DNA of 64,000 nt from Eledone cirrhosa (lineage: Eukaryota): NCBI GenBank assembly GCA_964016885.1, contig OZ024742.1, positions 194,246,001 to 194,310,000 of the forward strand, in the 5' to 3' direction. The notes under the pieces were generated by a model. It did no database searches, had not been told where the DNA came from, and saw nothing but the letters and a program-made list of their open reading frames with translations. Position 1 is the stretch's first letter. Each line of letters begins with the position of its first letter. Both the position numbers and the translations under genes were made by a program. Below, piece by piece: positions 14,033 to 27,373 of this stretch.

Positions 14033-15072
14033 CTAAGGCGGGTAAAATTCCCGAGATCCATGGACGAGTTCTCTCCAGCGGTCTCTGTCCCCCATTATCG
14101 CTGCCACGTCGTGCATCTCCAACAGACCAGTGTCTGTCCTTAGTGCATCAACATACGTTAACCTTGGTCTTCCTGTTCTAGTGTGTCCATGTAGGGGCTC
14201 CCAAAGGAGTACTGAGTGCAATGTCAACTCTGGATGTCGGTGAGCATGTCCGGCTAACCTCAGTCTCCTCTGTGTCACTTTTGAGCTGACTTTTGGGATG
14301 CTCCCATACAGCTCAGAGATTTTCATCCTCAGTGTATACTGATTAATGTTCAGAGCCATCCTCAGCATTCTCGTGTAGCACCCATCCACCAGCTGAGTGA
14401 GTTTCTTGGTCAGTGTCCAAGTCTCAAACCCATACAGCCGCACATATTCCACTACAACAATGAAGAGGCGGATTTTCAGGTCTCTACGAAGGTCCGACTT
14501 CCACACCGATCTCAAGCTGTGGCACGCCGCCCAGGCCTTGCTCTTCCTCTCAACCACATCATCTTCCGTATTCGCAATTTTGCTCCCAAATACAGGAAGT
14601 CCTCAACCAATTCCAGTGGCTTCCCGCCTACATTAGAGATCCCCTCTGGCTTCTCAACATTCTCTACCAGATGTTTTGTTTTAGTCTCATTCATTCTCAG
14701 CCCCACACTCATCGACACAGTCTCAACCTCCCGCATCAAATCATCTGCCTCCTTCACTGTATTTTCACCAAAGCTATGTCGTCGGCAAATTCAGCATCCG
14801 ATACCTTTTTCGCCATAACTCTCCTGCTTTGAGCCGGTGCTACAGTAAAGCCAGGGTCCTGGTGTTTCTCCAGTGCAAGGCGCATACAATAGTCCACTAC
14901 GATGATAAAAAGGTAGGAAGCCAATGTATCTCTCTGGAGCACTCCAGCCAGTATCTCAAAGAACTCTGTCATCCCATCAGGTGTAATGACTTGGGCTTTG
15001 GTGTTGATGTAGAGCAGTGATATCAGGTCCACTATCTTCTTGGGGATTCCATAAGCCTGTAAGATCTTCATC
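14033..15072 (-). pseudogene. 5'-truncated, frameshifted RTE-type LINE (C-terminal half of RT)
   Basis: ORFs 14754-15071 (GVLQRDTLASYLF, FADD), 14512-14757 (GLRMNETKTK, FLYLG) and 14033-14557 (RRLRLAGH..GRPRLTYVD). Confidence 0.9.
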
Positions 15073-15116
15073 AGGCATTAACGGTCCACAGAATCAATAT
15101 ATATACATATATATAC

Positions 15117-15155
<39 letters not shown>

Positions 15156-15167
15156 TGTATTCCTTTA

Positions 15168-15255
15168 CATGTATACATATATGTATACATATATGTATAC
15201 ATATATGTATACATATATGTATACATATATGTATACATATATGTATACATATATG

Positions 15256-15256
<1 letters not shown>
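15168..15256. repeat. 12-bp minisatellite (atgtatacatat)n within a TA-rich tract
   Basis: Read directly. Confidence 0.9.
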
Positions 15257-15303
<47 letters not shown>

Positions 15304-15400
15304 TATATACATATATATATATACATATATGCATACATATATGTATACATATATATACACGTATATGTATACATATATATATGTATACATATATATATAC

Positions 15401-15454
<54 letters not shown>

Positions 15455-15665
15455 TTTCTGAATTTGTTTAGCAAGATTCTTTATCTGAAATCGTGTGTTG
15501 AAACCGATATTGTTATACTTTGGGAGGGTCATGTTGCCAATAAGAAACACACGCACCAGTTGCTTTCACTTCAATTTAATTTAATATATATTTATAAATT
15601 TACAAATTTATAAATTTCTGGTTGGTTGGTTGGTTCCACAACCAGATAGTTGTTTATATATATAT

Positions 15666-15710
15666 AGTCATAGTTCTTTCGTCACACACTCTGTGACCTC
15701 TTCAGTGACT
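15666..15710 (-). ncRNA. minimal type I hammerhead in the Penelope pLTR
   Basis: Minus strand: AGTCA CTGAAGA g GTCACA-gagtg-TGTGAC GAAA GAAC TA TGACT, same sense as the ORF. Confidence 0.85.
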
Positions 15711-16006
15711 GGGGATTTCTTTCTTCGTTTCTGTGCCTTTCCTTTCTTCTATCCTACGCCATTTTGTTTGTGTGTGGGTTGCGTGCTCAGTTTGCGCATG
15801 CGCCACATCCGGGTGTCTGTGTGTGTTTGTGTTCATTTTTCTATTTTTATATTTATATTTGTTTGTTTATTTATTTATTTATTGTTGGTTGGTTGTTTGT
15901 TCTATGTGTGTGTGTGTTTTCATTTTGTCTTGTGTGTGTTTTCATTTTGTGTGTGTTTTCAATTGTAAGTTGTTTATATATGTGTGTGTGTGTTTTCATT
16001 TTGTCC

Positions 16007-16504
16007 TTAATTGTAAGTTGTGATGTTGCTGTTCCACTCATATTTTCTATTTAATTTTGGTTTTAATTCTTTTATGCTTACTGCCTCTGTAATTTGCCTA
16101 AACATTGCGTCTTTCTTGTGTGTGGATTCTATTTTTATTTCTATGCTCTCTAATTTACCCCTGTGTTCTATCTTAGCATGTTGGTAGAGCACAGATGATT
16201 CTTTACTATCTTGGAGGTCTCGCCAGTGTTCATTTATTCGTTCCCCTATACTACGAGCTGTCTCACCTATGTACACTATATTTTTGTTTCTACATTGTCC
16301 CTCAGTACATCTTATGCTATATACTACATTTCTAGTTTTACAGTTAATATGGGGGCTTATTTTACAGGTTATACATTTCTTATCTATACATGAGGGTCTT
16401 TGGAACGGGTATGTCTTGCTAATAAGTGTTTTTACGGAGGTACCAGGTCTTTCTACTATCTTAATATTGAGATTATGTTTCTTTAGGGCCCTTCTAAATT
16501 TCAC
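16007..16504 (-). CDS. Penelope-type GIY-YIG endonuclease domain (fragment)
   Basis: CxxxxCxxC linker, VVY..YIG, R..EH, E..I..PKLN motifs. Confidence 0.85.
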   Translation of the reverse strand: MKFRRALKKHNLNIKIVERPGTSVKTLISKTYPFQRPSCIDKKCITCKISPHINCKTRNVVYSIRCTEGQCRNKNIVYIGETARSIGERINEHWRDLQDSKESSVLYQHAKIEHRGKLESIEIKIESTHKKDAMFRQITEAVSIKELKPKLNRKYEWNSNITTYN

Positions 16505-16536
16505 CTAGAGGTGAACTAGCCTACAAATATATATAT

Positions 16537-17930
16537 ATAGCTGACGTATCTCGCTTCGCTTGGATAAACAAGCGATAAGCCGTCTGTTTCATATAGTATT
16601 ACTGTTGAAAATATATAGTATAGTATTACTGTTGAAAATATATAGTATAGTATAATATTACTGTTGAAAAGATATAGTATAGTATAGTATTACTGTTGAA
16701 AATATATAGTATAGTAGAGTATTACAGTTGAAAATATATAGTATAGTACAGTATAACTGTTAAAATATATAGTATACTATAGTATACTATAGTATTACTG
16801 TTGAAAATATATAGTATAGTATAGTATCACTGGTAAATATATATATATATCACTGGTAAAAATATATAGTATAGTATTACTATTGAAAATATATAGTATA
16901 GTATCACTGGTAAAAATATATAGTATAGTATTACTATTGAAAATATATAGTATAGTATCACTGGTAAAAATATATAGTATAGTATTACTGTTGAAAATAT
17001 ATAGTACAGTATTACTGTTGAAAATATATAGTATAGTATAATATTACTGTTGAAAATATATAGTATAGTATAGTATTACTGTTGAAAATATATAGTATAG
17101 TAGAGTATTACAGTTGAAAATATATAGTATAGTACAGTATTACTGTTAAAAATATATAGTATACTATAGTATACTATAGTGTTACTGTTGAAAATATATA
17201 GTATAGTATAGTATCACTGGTAAATATATATATATATCACTGTTAAAAATATATAGTATAGTATTACTGTTGAAAATATATAGTATAGTATAGTATCACT
17301 GGTAAAAATATATAGTATAGTATTACTGTTGAAAATATATAGTACAGTATTACTGTTGAAAATGTATAGTATAGTACTACTGTAGAAAATATGTACACGA
17401 ATATATAATTATATATATAAATATATATATAATTAATTAAAAGCTGGTTAGAAGCTAAGTCAATACAGTCAGTCAGGCATACAGACAGCAGATAGTATAA
17501 GCGTGCGACGTTATAGCTATGTATCTATCTAAAACGACAGAGTAAGAAAGAGAGAGGAATGTCGTATTATATAAATAATATATTATAAAGTACCAGTAAT
17601 TTAGTCAGCTTTATTAACATAGAGAGAGATTGACAATATACACAGAAATGTAATCCATGATACATAAAGACGATATTATATATAAACTGCAAATATATGA
17701 ATGTTTATTTAAGCGATCGCTAACCGGAAGTGTTGACATTTGAAAATGTTAAAGAAGCGAATCTTTAGATAAATAATAAAATATCTTTAATCAATAATAA
17801 TGAAATTTAGTAGACAAAAAGACCCCCACTTTCTTTCTTGGAAAAAGTTACATCTATGATGCAAATTTCGTGCTTTTGGTCCAGCCGTTTTGCCAAAAGT
17901 TTGTTACATCGTCAGCTTTATTAATATAGA
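16537..17930 (-). mobile_element. non-autonomous Helitron carrying a minisatellite
   Basis: Minus 5' end A|TCTATATTAATAAAGCTGAC, with ~230 bp shared with the 22755-24199 element. 3' hairpin tatccaagcgaagcgagata plus CTAT (degenerate CTAG). Confidence 0.7.
16590..17392. repeat. ~26-36-bp minisatellite (tatagtattactgttgaaaatata + (gtata)n) with higher-order duplication
   Basis: The variant order (agagtattacag, gtacag, atactatag, ggtaaatatatatatatatcac) occurs twice about 385 bp apart. Confidence 0.9.
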
Positions 17931-19269
17931 TACGCCTCAATAGGGCTAATATGGATTAAATAACAACAAACAAAAAAGTCAAATTAAATGACGTAGTCTT
18001 AATACCCTAGTACATATTTTATTACAAATATCTAGAAATATTAGCCGAAGCTCTATGCAATTCACAGGAGTAAACAGCTTGCCTTCATACACTATGTCTT
18101 CGTAGATAGGAAACGTAGGGATGAAATTAATTAGTTATCTGCATACCGTATTAAAACTAAATTTACTATTCCTTTTATATTTTTCTGTTCATAAAGATAT
18201 TTATAGAGACTTATACTTATTCGATACAGTGGGGTACGAAATCGATTGCTATATTGCACTACTAATGCACCAGTAATTTATATGCAGGCAGGGTGTTTTC
18301 ATTTGTCTATACACACAGTGTTGGCTAATATTGATACATATATTCTGTGGTACATAATATCACTGCAAAAAATCCACCTATAATGCATCAGCTATTTATA
18401 ATTAGACAAGATGTTTACATCTGTTTATGCATAGTGTTTTTTAAAAGTTACAGCTACATTCGTCAGTACCACTTAATATTTTATAGTACACCATATTCGG
18501 GAGTACAACATAACATTGAAATTACACATTATTAATCAAACGGTAAATATGTGTTTAAATCTCTCTATACATGCAATGTTCGCTATAGTGTACAGGTATA
18601 TTCTTTAAATCTCTCTATTACATAGTTTTAGCTAAAATATATACATATATTCTGTAGTAAATACTACAATTACGTGCATAGCAAAATCGCTACTAACGCG
18701 CCAGTAATTTAGTTATTCAGCTAGATACAATATGTCTGAAAAAATAAGAAAAGAAAGCAAGGTAAAATGTTCTCAGCAAGAATGCTTTCCGTCTGGTCTA
18801 ATTGACCAGAGTTGACATTTTGCTAATAACAATATCAACTGATAATTTACTCTGAACTTCTAACGTTTTAATAGATATATTGACGATCAATTTGGAGTAG
18901 ATATAATTAGCTTGCAATTTACAGTAGCTGTATATCTATTATTTTGTGTCTCATATGATTGCTTGCTTATAATGTCTAATAAGCTTTATTTTCAAAATAT
19001 TAGTTGCAGTTAATTCAATTCAAATCAAATGCTGTACTTAATTCGATCATAATGGTTATCAAATATTGTAGTTACTATAACTAACTATATGACATTACCT
19101 AAATAGATATATTGAAGCAGGAATTGATCTAACGTTAATTAATGCTATTATGGTACAAAAGAATAATTTAATTCGTTTTCAATGGAGTGATTTTGAAAAT
19201 GTGCCAATTACTTGAACGTTTATTTACTACGAAGATGAATTTCGTTGCATGGGTGCATCATCATCATCA

Positions 19270-19336
<67 letters not shown>

Positions 19337-19353
19337 CTCTCTCTCTCTATGTA

Positions 19354-19424
<71 letters not shown>

Positions 19425-19426
<2 letters not shown>

Positions 19427-19521
19427 CTCTGATACTGGTTCAGTCTAATCCATTCGGATTGGTTTGTCCCAGTTATTCATAGAGCAACATCGGTTAAGGT
19501 TGGCACCATTAACTCAAGGAT
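19425..19521 (+). mobile_element. fragment of the 591-nt hammerhead element
   Basis: agctctgatactggttcagtctaatccattcggatt..ggcaccattaactcaag matches 34165-34260 and the reverse complement of 27768-27861. Confidence 0.8.
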
Positions 19522-19745
19522 TATTCCACATATATATAAAAATCATGTTTTTCCACATATATATAAACATTTGGATATATATATTAAAAACGTTTGGAGA
19601 TTTAAAAAATAAAAAATATAAATTTAGACAGTGTAAGTATATCTAAATGAGAGAAGAACTGAGAATAGCGTGGAAGAATAATATATAATGCAGGATTCAT
19701 TACGTTTTATTTATAATACTTATAATAATAATTAAATATAACCTC

Positions 19746-19786
<41 letters not shown>

Positions 19787-19905
19787 TTCATTTTATCAAA
19801 GCTAAATTGTGAGTCTTGTTACTCTGGAGCTTCCTATTTGAACTCTAATTCGGTACTTCGGTATTCAGGTATTGAGTACACTTTTCCCTCATCCATCAAC
19901 CACAT

Positions 19906-19979
<74 letters not shown>

Positions 19980-20096
19980 GTTTGAATATGTATAATAAGG
20001 CCAAAACAATGCAGGTATGGACATAGAGAAAAGAAGAATGCAATTGCAAAAGATATTGTTGACAATTCGTCTTTTACCTTAGATTTATTTTAAACG

Positions 20097-20134
20097 TCCT
20101 TAATTTTTGAGATAATATCTCTTCTTCAGAGGGA
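20097..20134 (-). ncRNA. degenerate minimal hammerhead (G12A)
   Basis: Minus strand: tccct CTGAAGA a GAGAT-att-ATCTC AAAA AT TA agga. Confidence 0.6.
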
Positions 20135-20527
20135 AATAAAGGTCTCAAACCAGCGTTCTAAATATCTTGCCAAGCCATGCTGACAGGAAATAGTATAGAG
20201 TATCTGTTCTATCTCTAATGTCAAAGAGTTAAAATTAGGTGGATAAAGAGTAGTCTCCCTTTAAAAGGGGTTTGTTTAGGGTTTTTTATTTTTTATTTTT
20301 TTTTTTATATACATGCCTGTTTAAGTGTGTGTGAGAATGCATGAAGGTGTAAGTATGTGAGTGTGTGTGTGTGAGTGTGAGAAGATAAGTCTATTCGTAA
20401 ATGTGGGGGATAGGTGTTATCTGGTGTTAGAACTGGTTTGGTGTGTGTATGTGTGAGAGAGAATAAGTGGAGGTGTAAGCGTGTGTGTGTGTGTATGGGG
20501 TGTGTAAATATGGGGCTAGAAGCCCTA

Positions 20528-21494
20528 TCAGGTTATAAATTGGGTGTTGAGTTCTAGTCTATTATTGATAGGTGGTTGTGTTTTATCTATAATTAGTGCT
20601 TCCTTAATTCTAAGATTGCCGAGGTTTCTTTCCTTAGTTTCTATCCTAACTGTTATGGTTTTGTCGGTGTTTTTGCATTTAACTAGGTGTTTCTTAAATG
20701 AGGAAGCGTTAGTATTGAGGTGTTCTTTTATTCTTATGTGGAATGGTCTTGTGGTGCTACCTACGTAGAAGTTGTTGCATTTGTCACACTCTAGTCTGTA
20801 TACGACGTAAGCCTGGTGGCATAGGTCTGTGTCGTTGATGGGGCAGTTGGCTAGTCTGCAGCAGTTGTCATGTCTGGTGGAGTGTCTTTTAGCTAACTGT
20901 CCGCGCAGAGAAGGACCTGAGTGGGCCAGTTGGATATCTAGTCCTTCTCGTCTGATGGCTCTGCGGATGGCTGTTGTTGTTTCTTCACTGAAGTGTGGGA
21001 GCTTCAGGAAGCAAGTGTTAGTGCCTTGGGTGTGGTGTCCTCTGTTCTTTCTGGCACGGTTTGTGGTGGATGTCGTGTATCCGTTCAGTTTGAGTACTTC
21101 CAGGAAATGTGTGGAGTGTGTGTCTCGGTCTCTGGCGTCGGTGCATTTGTTCCGGATACGTGCCAGTTCGTTCCTTATGTATCCGAACTTGGCACCAAGT
21201 GGGAGGGCCGATCTGAAATGTACGAACAGGTCCCTGCTGACGGCTTTTTTATAGAAGCAGGTGTGGATGTTGCCTTCCTCTGTTACCCTGAGTTGGAAGT
21301 CCAGTAGGGATAGGGATCCGCGGTCATCGGGGTGTTCCATGCTGAAATTTATACTGGCGTCCATGCTGGAGAATGTTGTGTACATTTTATCCGCCTCCCC
21401 ACGGGATGATGTGAGGATGCGTATGTCATCTACATATCGGGTGAAGAAGGCATGGGAATGGCAGGTGTTGAGGGCTCGGCATTCTAGCTGGTTC

Positions 21495-21496
<2 letters not shown>
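20528..21496 (-). CDS. Penelope-like RT (YVDD to thumb) plus GIY-YIG endonuclease, C-terminal 322 aa
   Basis: FTRYVDD, SLSLLDF, YKK..HFRSALP, VVYRLECDKC..YVGSTTR..RIKEH, KEALII..PPINNR. Confidence 0.9.
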
Positions 21497-21576
<80 letters not shown>

Positions 21577-21903
21577 TATAAATACATATAGATTAAATAT
21601 AAGTTTACCGATGTGTAAGTGTTCGGTATAAGCTTGGCCATACAACCACTCACATAATTGTAGTTCTGGTACCAGATACCGATTTTCTTCGGCGCATCAA
21701 GTTATATTTGTTGTTGACCAAGAGAGTTAGCTGACTGTTATGCGCTGTGATTGTCTTTTTTTAATTGCCTCAAATACCAACGCATGAAGATATTTACGTA
21801 CGATAAATGTCCATTGGTTTCAACAATATGTCTCAGTCGTTCTACAACTGGAACAGATTGCCCAGGAAAGAAATGTGACAGTTACTGATCACTCCTCAGA
21901 CAA

Positions 21904-21970
<67 letters not shown>

Positions 21971-22129
21971 AAACTGAAAAGGTATGTATATATATATATA
22001 GATATATATATATACAAAACTGAAAAGGTGGTCAAGAAAGCATTAACCACCCAAGCCAAAAACTAAAACAAGCTAAACAGGTCAAAACAAAATAAATGAT
22101 AAAAAATAAGTGATATATATATGTATATT

Positions 22130-22235
22130 AATTGTTTCTACTTTTGGCACAAGGCCGGAAATTATCCAGTGTATTACTGGCACTTTATTTTATCGACCCC
22201 GTAAGGATGAAAGGCAAAGTTAACCTCGGCGGGAT
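22130..22235 (-). mobile_element. 5'-truncated SINE family A
   Basis: Matches the family core; flanked by tatattaat on both sides. Confidence 0.85.
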
Positions 22236-22294
22236 ATATATTAATAATAATAAATTTGAAATTTGAAGACTAAAATTCAAAGAGGGCTCGATAA

Positions 22295-22331
<37 letters not shown>

Positions 22332-22340
22332 ATTAAATAA

Positions 22341-22705
22341 ATGGAAACTATATTTATAAAACCATATTTATTTCATTATATATATTTCGGGGATATCATA
22401 TTAACAATATGCTATGCCTTCCTCAGACAAAATACAATATAAACAGTTTTATAGATAAATAGATTCGACATACCGTTATAACACCGACTTGCATTTGAAG
22501 AGGTTAAGCTGGCAGTATTGTATTTTGTCTGAGGAAGGCATAGCATATTGTTAATATGATATCCCCGAAATATATATAATGAAATAAATATGGTTTTATA
22601 AATATAGTTTCCATCTCAGGATACCGTTCTCATAACATCAACAAATGCACGAAGGATTTCTCGAATGATTAAACGGTCTATGTAACCTCAGCATCTTATT
22701 TTGTT
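22341..22705. mobile_element. fold-back hammerhead element (arms 22341-22439 and 22516-22614; ~90-nt tail on the right)
   Basis: Arms are exact reverse complements and each contains a whole hammerhead. Confidence 0.85.
22521..22586 (+). ncRNA. type I hammerhead motif; identical mirror copy at 22369-22434 (-)
   Basis: TATTTTGT CTGAGGA a GG..CATATT-gtt-AATATG..CC GAAA TATATA TA ATGAAATA: stem I with two G-U pairs; stem III palindrome ATATATAT. Confidence 0.75.
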
Positions 22706-22708
22706 ATT

Positions 22709-22746
<38 letters not shown>

Positions 22747-23063
22747 TTTATATACTAGCTGTCCCGTCCGGCTGGCGCCCGCTAGGTATGCCGGCGTTTT
22801 ATATTTTCAGGATTCGCCCCTACATTCTGGTGCAAAGATACTGCACGCCATCTCAAGTAAGCGAGGCGGGGGTGGTTGTTAACTTGCTCTGATGTTGGGT
22901 TTGAATAGTTTTTAGGATTCCCCAGTTCAACAGCCACTATGTTAAAGAAAATTGATAGTTACAACAATAAAGGCTGAACAGAGAACAGTGTTTTTAACAA
23001 ACAGTAATTTGTACAACCATAATGGAAATTTCAAGTAACAGAAAATATTTAAATTACATTGTT

Positions 23064-23600
23064 AGAGTCTCAGAGTATACAATATTTTTTGTTCGTCCCT
23101 CCGGAGCAAAGATGAAGAGATTGTTTTGTGAGCTCACCCTAGAGCATCCAACATACAATTGACCATGGGAGAATCACTGATCTCGTAGCTCGTCTCGCGG
23201 AGAAGCTCTGTAGACATTGACCTCTGGACGCTCCTGTCAGGAGCAGGTAAGCTGTAGTGACTTAGAAGCCTACCACCAATCCCCAGGACACTGTTTTCAA
23301 GACAAATGAGCGACTCATTGAAAACGACATCGTTTGTTACGTTAGGATTGTGTCTGTATGTGCAGTGGAGGATGTCCTCAGCTACACTTTCGCGGTGGTT
23401 GTTCCACATTGCGAGAAGGTCGGCCAGATCGCAGTTGTGCAGCATAATAGCAAAATGTTTTCGTAGCTGAGAAGGGACGTTAGAAGTTGCTGCTTCTTGC
23501 AGGGTGTCATCGTGTAACATACCACGCATCTGGCAAGCCAAACGGTAAGTGGAACATTGATGGCCATTGATGGTTCTCAGATCTTGGAAAGACTGGTCCT
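23064..23600 (-). pseudogene. Helitron RepHel fragment: Rep-helicase linker fused to the PIF1 helicase C-terminus
   Basis: SFQDLRTING..TYRLAC..DDTLQEAA..PSQLRKHFAIML..C in the tracked ORF. Another frame at about 23064-23173 reads FSHGQLYVGCSRV..TKNIVYSETL (helicase motif VI). Confidence 0.85.
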
Positions 23601-23940
23601 CCAACCTCGAACAGTAACAATGACGATAAGCCGTCTGTGCTTTCGTGAAATAAATAGATTTTTGTTTTTGCATATGTAAAAATATCTGTACACGAATATA
23701 TATATCAAAATAACAGATTAGAGTTTAAGCACAGAAGTGCTGCTTTCACCCTTAACGGGACATTCTGAAACTAAAAAAATTATTTTGTGAATGCAAAAAC
23801 GTTATCTAATGCAGACAGCCAGACATACAGACTAAGAAAAAGAGGGAATGTTGTGCGACGTCATAAGAAAAAAGTGAGGAATGACGTATAACCGAAAGTG
23901 TTGACATTTGAAATTTTAAAGAAGTGAATATTTAAATAAT

Positions 23941-24016
23941 TGTTTCTACGTTAGGCACAAGGCCAGCAATTATTTTATCGACCCCGTAAGGATGAAAGGC
24001 AAAGTTAACCTCGGCC
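23941..24016 (-). mobile_element. internally deleted SINE A nested in the Helitron, with 17-bp TSD
   Basis: gtgaatatttaaataat at 23924-23940 and 24029-24045. Confidence 0.85.
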
Positions 24017-24234
24017 GGTTATTTAAATGTGAATATTTAAATAATGTCTTTAATCTTTTAACAAAATGTAGTAGACAAAAATGCCTCACTTTTTTACTTG
24101 GAAAAAGTTACATCTATGGTGTAAATTTGGTGCTGTTTGGTCCAGCCGTTTGACGGAAAGTTTGTTACCTACATACGGCCGTCAGCTTTATAGTACAGAT
24201 ATATATATACACACATATATATACATATATATCT

Positions 24235-24334
<100 letters not shown>

Positions 24335-24348
24335 ATATATATTTAAAT

Positions 24349-24381
<33 letters not shown>

Positions 24382-25205
24382 ACCATATACATATGCTTGC
24401 ATGAATAGATAACACAATAACAGTTCCACGAACATAACAATATTGTTGTTCCTTGTCTCGAGGTGGTGGTGAGGTAGTGGTGGTGGGTGGTAATGGTGAG
24501 GGTGTCATTAGTGAAGATGTCGGAGGTGGTGCTGGTGGCAATGGTGTTGTTGGTGGTGTTGGTGGAGGAGGACCATGTGGTACCTGATGAATTTTTCTTT
24601 TTTTTTCTTGAACATCATTTTTTAAATTCTCCGCCCGCATCGTCAAACTTCTGTACCCCAGCATTAACTTATATTAAAAATAATAATATATCGTTTGTAT
24701 ATTACCGCGGAAGTTATCTTAGAAATAATATTGATCATAACAAGATTTATGTAGATAAATACATACATTTTTCTCGACATATAAGTAAGTATAATGTTTT
24801 TGGGATAAAATTATGTTGTTTTTCTTTTGTTTGTTTGTAATAATTGGTTGACAATTTTATAACTCATAATAATACTGAATGGTGAATGGCAATATTCAAC
24901 ATTATTATGTTTTATAACAACGGGATAAAAGCCAGTTCCAATTCATGAAGTACTTTCGCACAAATAAAACAATTTCGAATGCTTTGATATATGATCAACT
25001 ATATGATCAACTATAAGAACTAGAACTTTACGGGTACTTGACGAGTGAGAATTACAATATTTCATAAAAGATGTAGCTATTAATTTATAATTTCATAATT
25101 CTTAATACAAAATGATATGAAATAGAAAATAAGATGAGTCAAGCGATCATAGTAAATTGTTTTCAAATATATATATGTATGTGTGTGTGTATCTGTGTGT
25201 GTGTA

Positions 25206-25237
<32 letters not shown>

Positions 25238-25601
25238 CATCTATGTATGTATGTATGTATGTATGTATGCATGAATGTATGTATATATGGGTAAGGACAG
25301 ATTTTACGGGCAAAGCCAACTGGCAGTAGACCCAAAGGTGTACCCAGAACAAGAGGGTTGGATAATATCTATGAGCTACCCTGGCTTTGTTTGGGAAACC
25401 AGCCGGATCAGTTGGGTATGGTTGCTTCAATGATCGTCTCAGGAATAAGTGGACGAAGAAGAAAATATATATATATATATTTTATCTTTATTCTTATTTT
25501 CACTTTTATCCTCCTTTATATTTTACCTTATTCTTACTTTTATACCTTATTATAGTGTAATCTTCCCCATGCCTTATTATACATTATTAATTATAGATTA
25601 T

Positions 25602-25702
25602 CCCGCCGAGGTTAACTTTGCCTTTCATCCTTACGGGGTCGATAAAATAAAGTACCAGTAATGCACTGGGTAATTGCTGGCCTTGTGCCTAACGTAGAAA
25701 CA
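25602..25702 (+). mobile_element. 5'-truncated SINE A with 16-bp TSD
   Basis: attaattatagattat at 25586-25601 and 25703-25718. Confidence 0.9.
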
Positions 25703-27189
25703 ATTAATTATAGATTATTATTATTACGCTTTTTCCATTTCTAATTACCTCATGTACTTTCTCCTCCGTTATATATATATATATTGTATGCCCTTTGTGT
25801 TTGTGTAGCCTCTGCACACCCTCTGCACCCTACTATCGACGCCACCCCATCTATGGTTCAGCTAACCACTCGACTCCCGGGAATGAATATGACCGCAGCT
25901 AGTAAACAAGGACCCACACCCCACCCTCCCGCACCAAAATTAGACTTATCGTCCCCTACTTTTGCTCTTTACTCTCTTTACTCTTTGTCCTTAATGTTTG
26001 GTTGGTAGAGTCCATAACACCAATCAAACCCCTTTTATAGCTCTGACGAATCCTACGGTTACGTAAGGAAGAAACATTGTAAGCCAATAAAAATCTTTTG
26101 ATGTTGTAGACGCTCTTGTGTTCTTTATCATATATAAATATATGTATGTGTGTGTTTATGTGTGATAAATCCATACCTGTATCTACACCGACAAGAGTGA
26201 ACAGAAACTGCGATATGTTCACCAATCCTAATGAGGTTAATATAAACAGTATCAATGATGTTAAACTTCAACACTTCCTATCTGACTTAGCCTTTGGCCC
26301 CCTCATGTCTTAGCATCAATAATGAACATTATGTACAACTCAACAATAGGTACCTCGAGTTTCCTGAAGGGGTATCGACATTAAATAGCATCCTCTCCCG
26401 ACAATATATGGAGAAACACACTGGGTATAGATTATATCACGGAATATTTTTAATCCCATTCTGCCATCAACGTTTTCAAAAGGGCAAACATGTCCCTTGC
26501 AGTGAATAACTGCCCGATCTCATTCATTTCTCAGATCATTAATATATATGAGCGCCCGATGGGATAGGGAATGCTCAATCCCTCAGAAGTAAAAATCATC
26601 TGATTTCCAGCCAGCTTGGTTCCAGCGATGGTAGGGACAGATTAACGCAGCCTGTGGATCACGTGGATAGCACCCTAAGGGTTTTGGGAGAGGGATCCAC
26701 ATCTGATGTTACTTAACTGTTTTCAGTAAGTTCAATACACTCATAAACAACATAGTTGAGACTGCCCACAATATCTCCTCCAAGATTCTGCAACTGTCCG
26801 GTTAAGATATATTCATACCATTATCTATCTCTACGCTACATTTACTCTGTCTCCCCTTATACACTGTTGCGCCTGTAGCCTCCCCCTATTTCACCTCAAC
26901 TGAACCTTTTTTTTTATTTCGTACGAAACTACATCAAGACAGAAAATATCTCATAAAAGGCAAAAGGGTGCTGATCAAATTACACTAAGAATTTCCGGAT
27001 ACACCTTCAGGCCCGCATATTTTCTCCGGAGAGCATAATTATTTGCAGGAGTGAGTCGTAGTATATGAAAAACAACAGACGTGGGAAGCATGATTTGAAA
27101 CAGTTCGCCAGGTCATGCTATACTGTTAGACATCGTCTGGGCCATTAAATTATAAAAGTAAAATATATATATTTTTTATTTTATTTATG

Positions 27190-27246
<57 letters not shown>

Positions 27247-27313
27247 GCACACACCCACACACCCACACACCCACCCACCCCACACACACACACACATACA
27301 CACATATATATAC

Positions 27314-27373
<60 letters not shown>

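Larger units (their letters stand above)
15452..16505 (-). mobile_element. 5'-truncated Penelope-like element (GIY-YIG end plus pLTR)
   Basis: ORF 16007-16504 has a Cys linker, VVYSIRC..VYIGETARSIGERINEH and ITEAVSI..PKLN. The 3' region is shared with 43657-44125. Confidence 0.9.
19976..21496 (-). mobile_element. 5'-truncated Penelope-like element between (TA)n tracts
   Basis: Open RT-to-GIY-YIG ORF 20528-21496 plus a 3' UTR with a hammerhead relic. Confidence 0.92.
22755..24199 (-). mobile_element. internally deleted Helitron with RepHel remnants
   Basis: Minus 5' end A|TCTGTACTATAAAGCTGAC; 3' GC-rich hairpin plus CTAG|T at 22755; coding remnants inside. Confidence 0.85.

Noticed and set aside
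16590-17392. CRISPR-like regular repeat
   Set aside because: No unique spacers and no cas genes; eukaryotic minisatellite inside a Helitron.
21874-21907. CTGAGGA plus GTGA..TCAC hairpin on the minus strand
   Set aside because: No GAAA or stem III follows; half motif only.
26200-27100. Possible LTR-retrotransposon integrase relic on the minus strand
   Set aside because: Only a faint D-R-G-x-x-F-T-A-like trace near 26500-26520; no ORF or paired LTRs.
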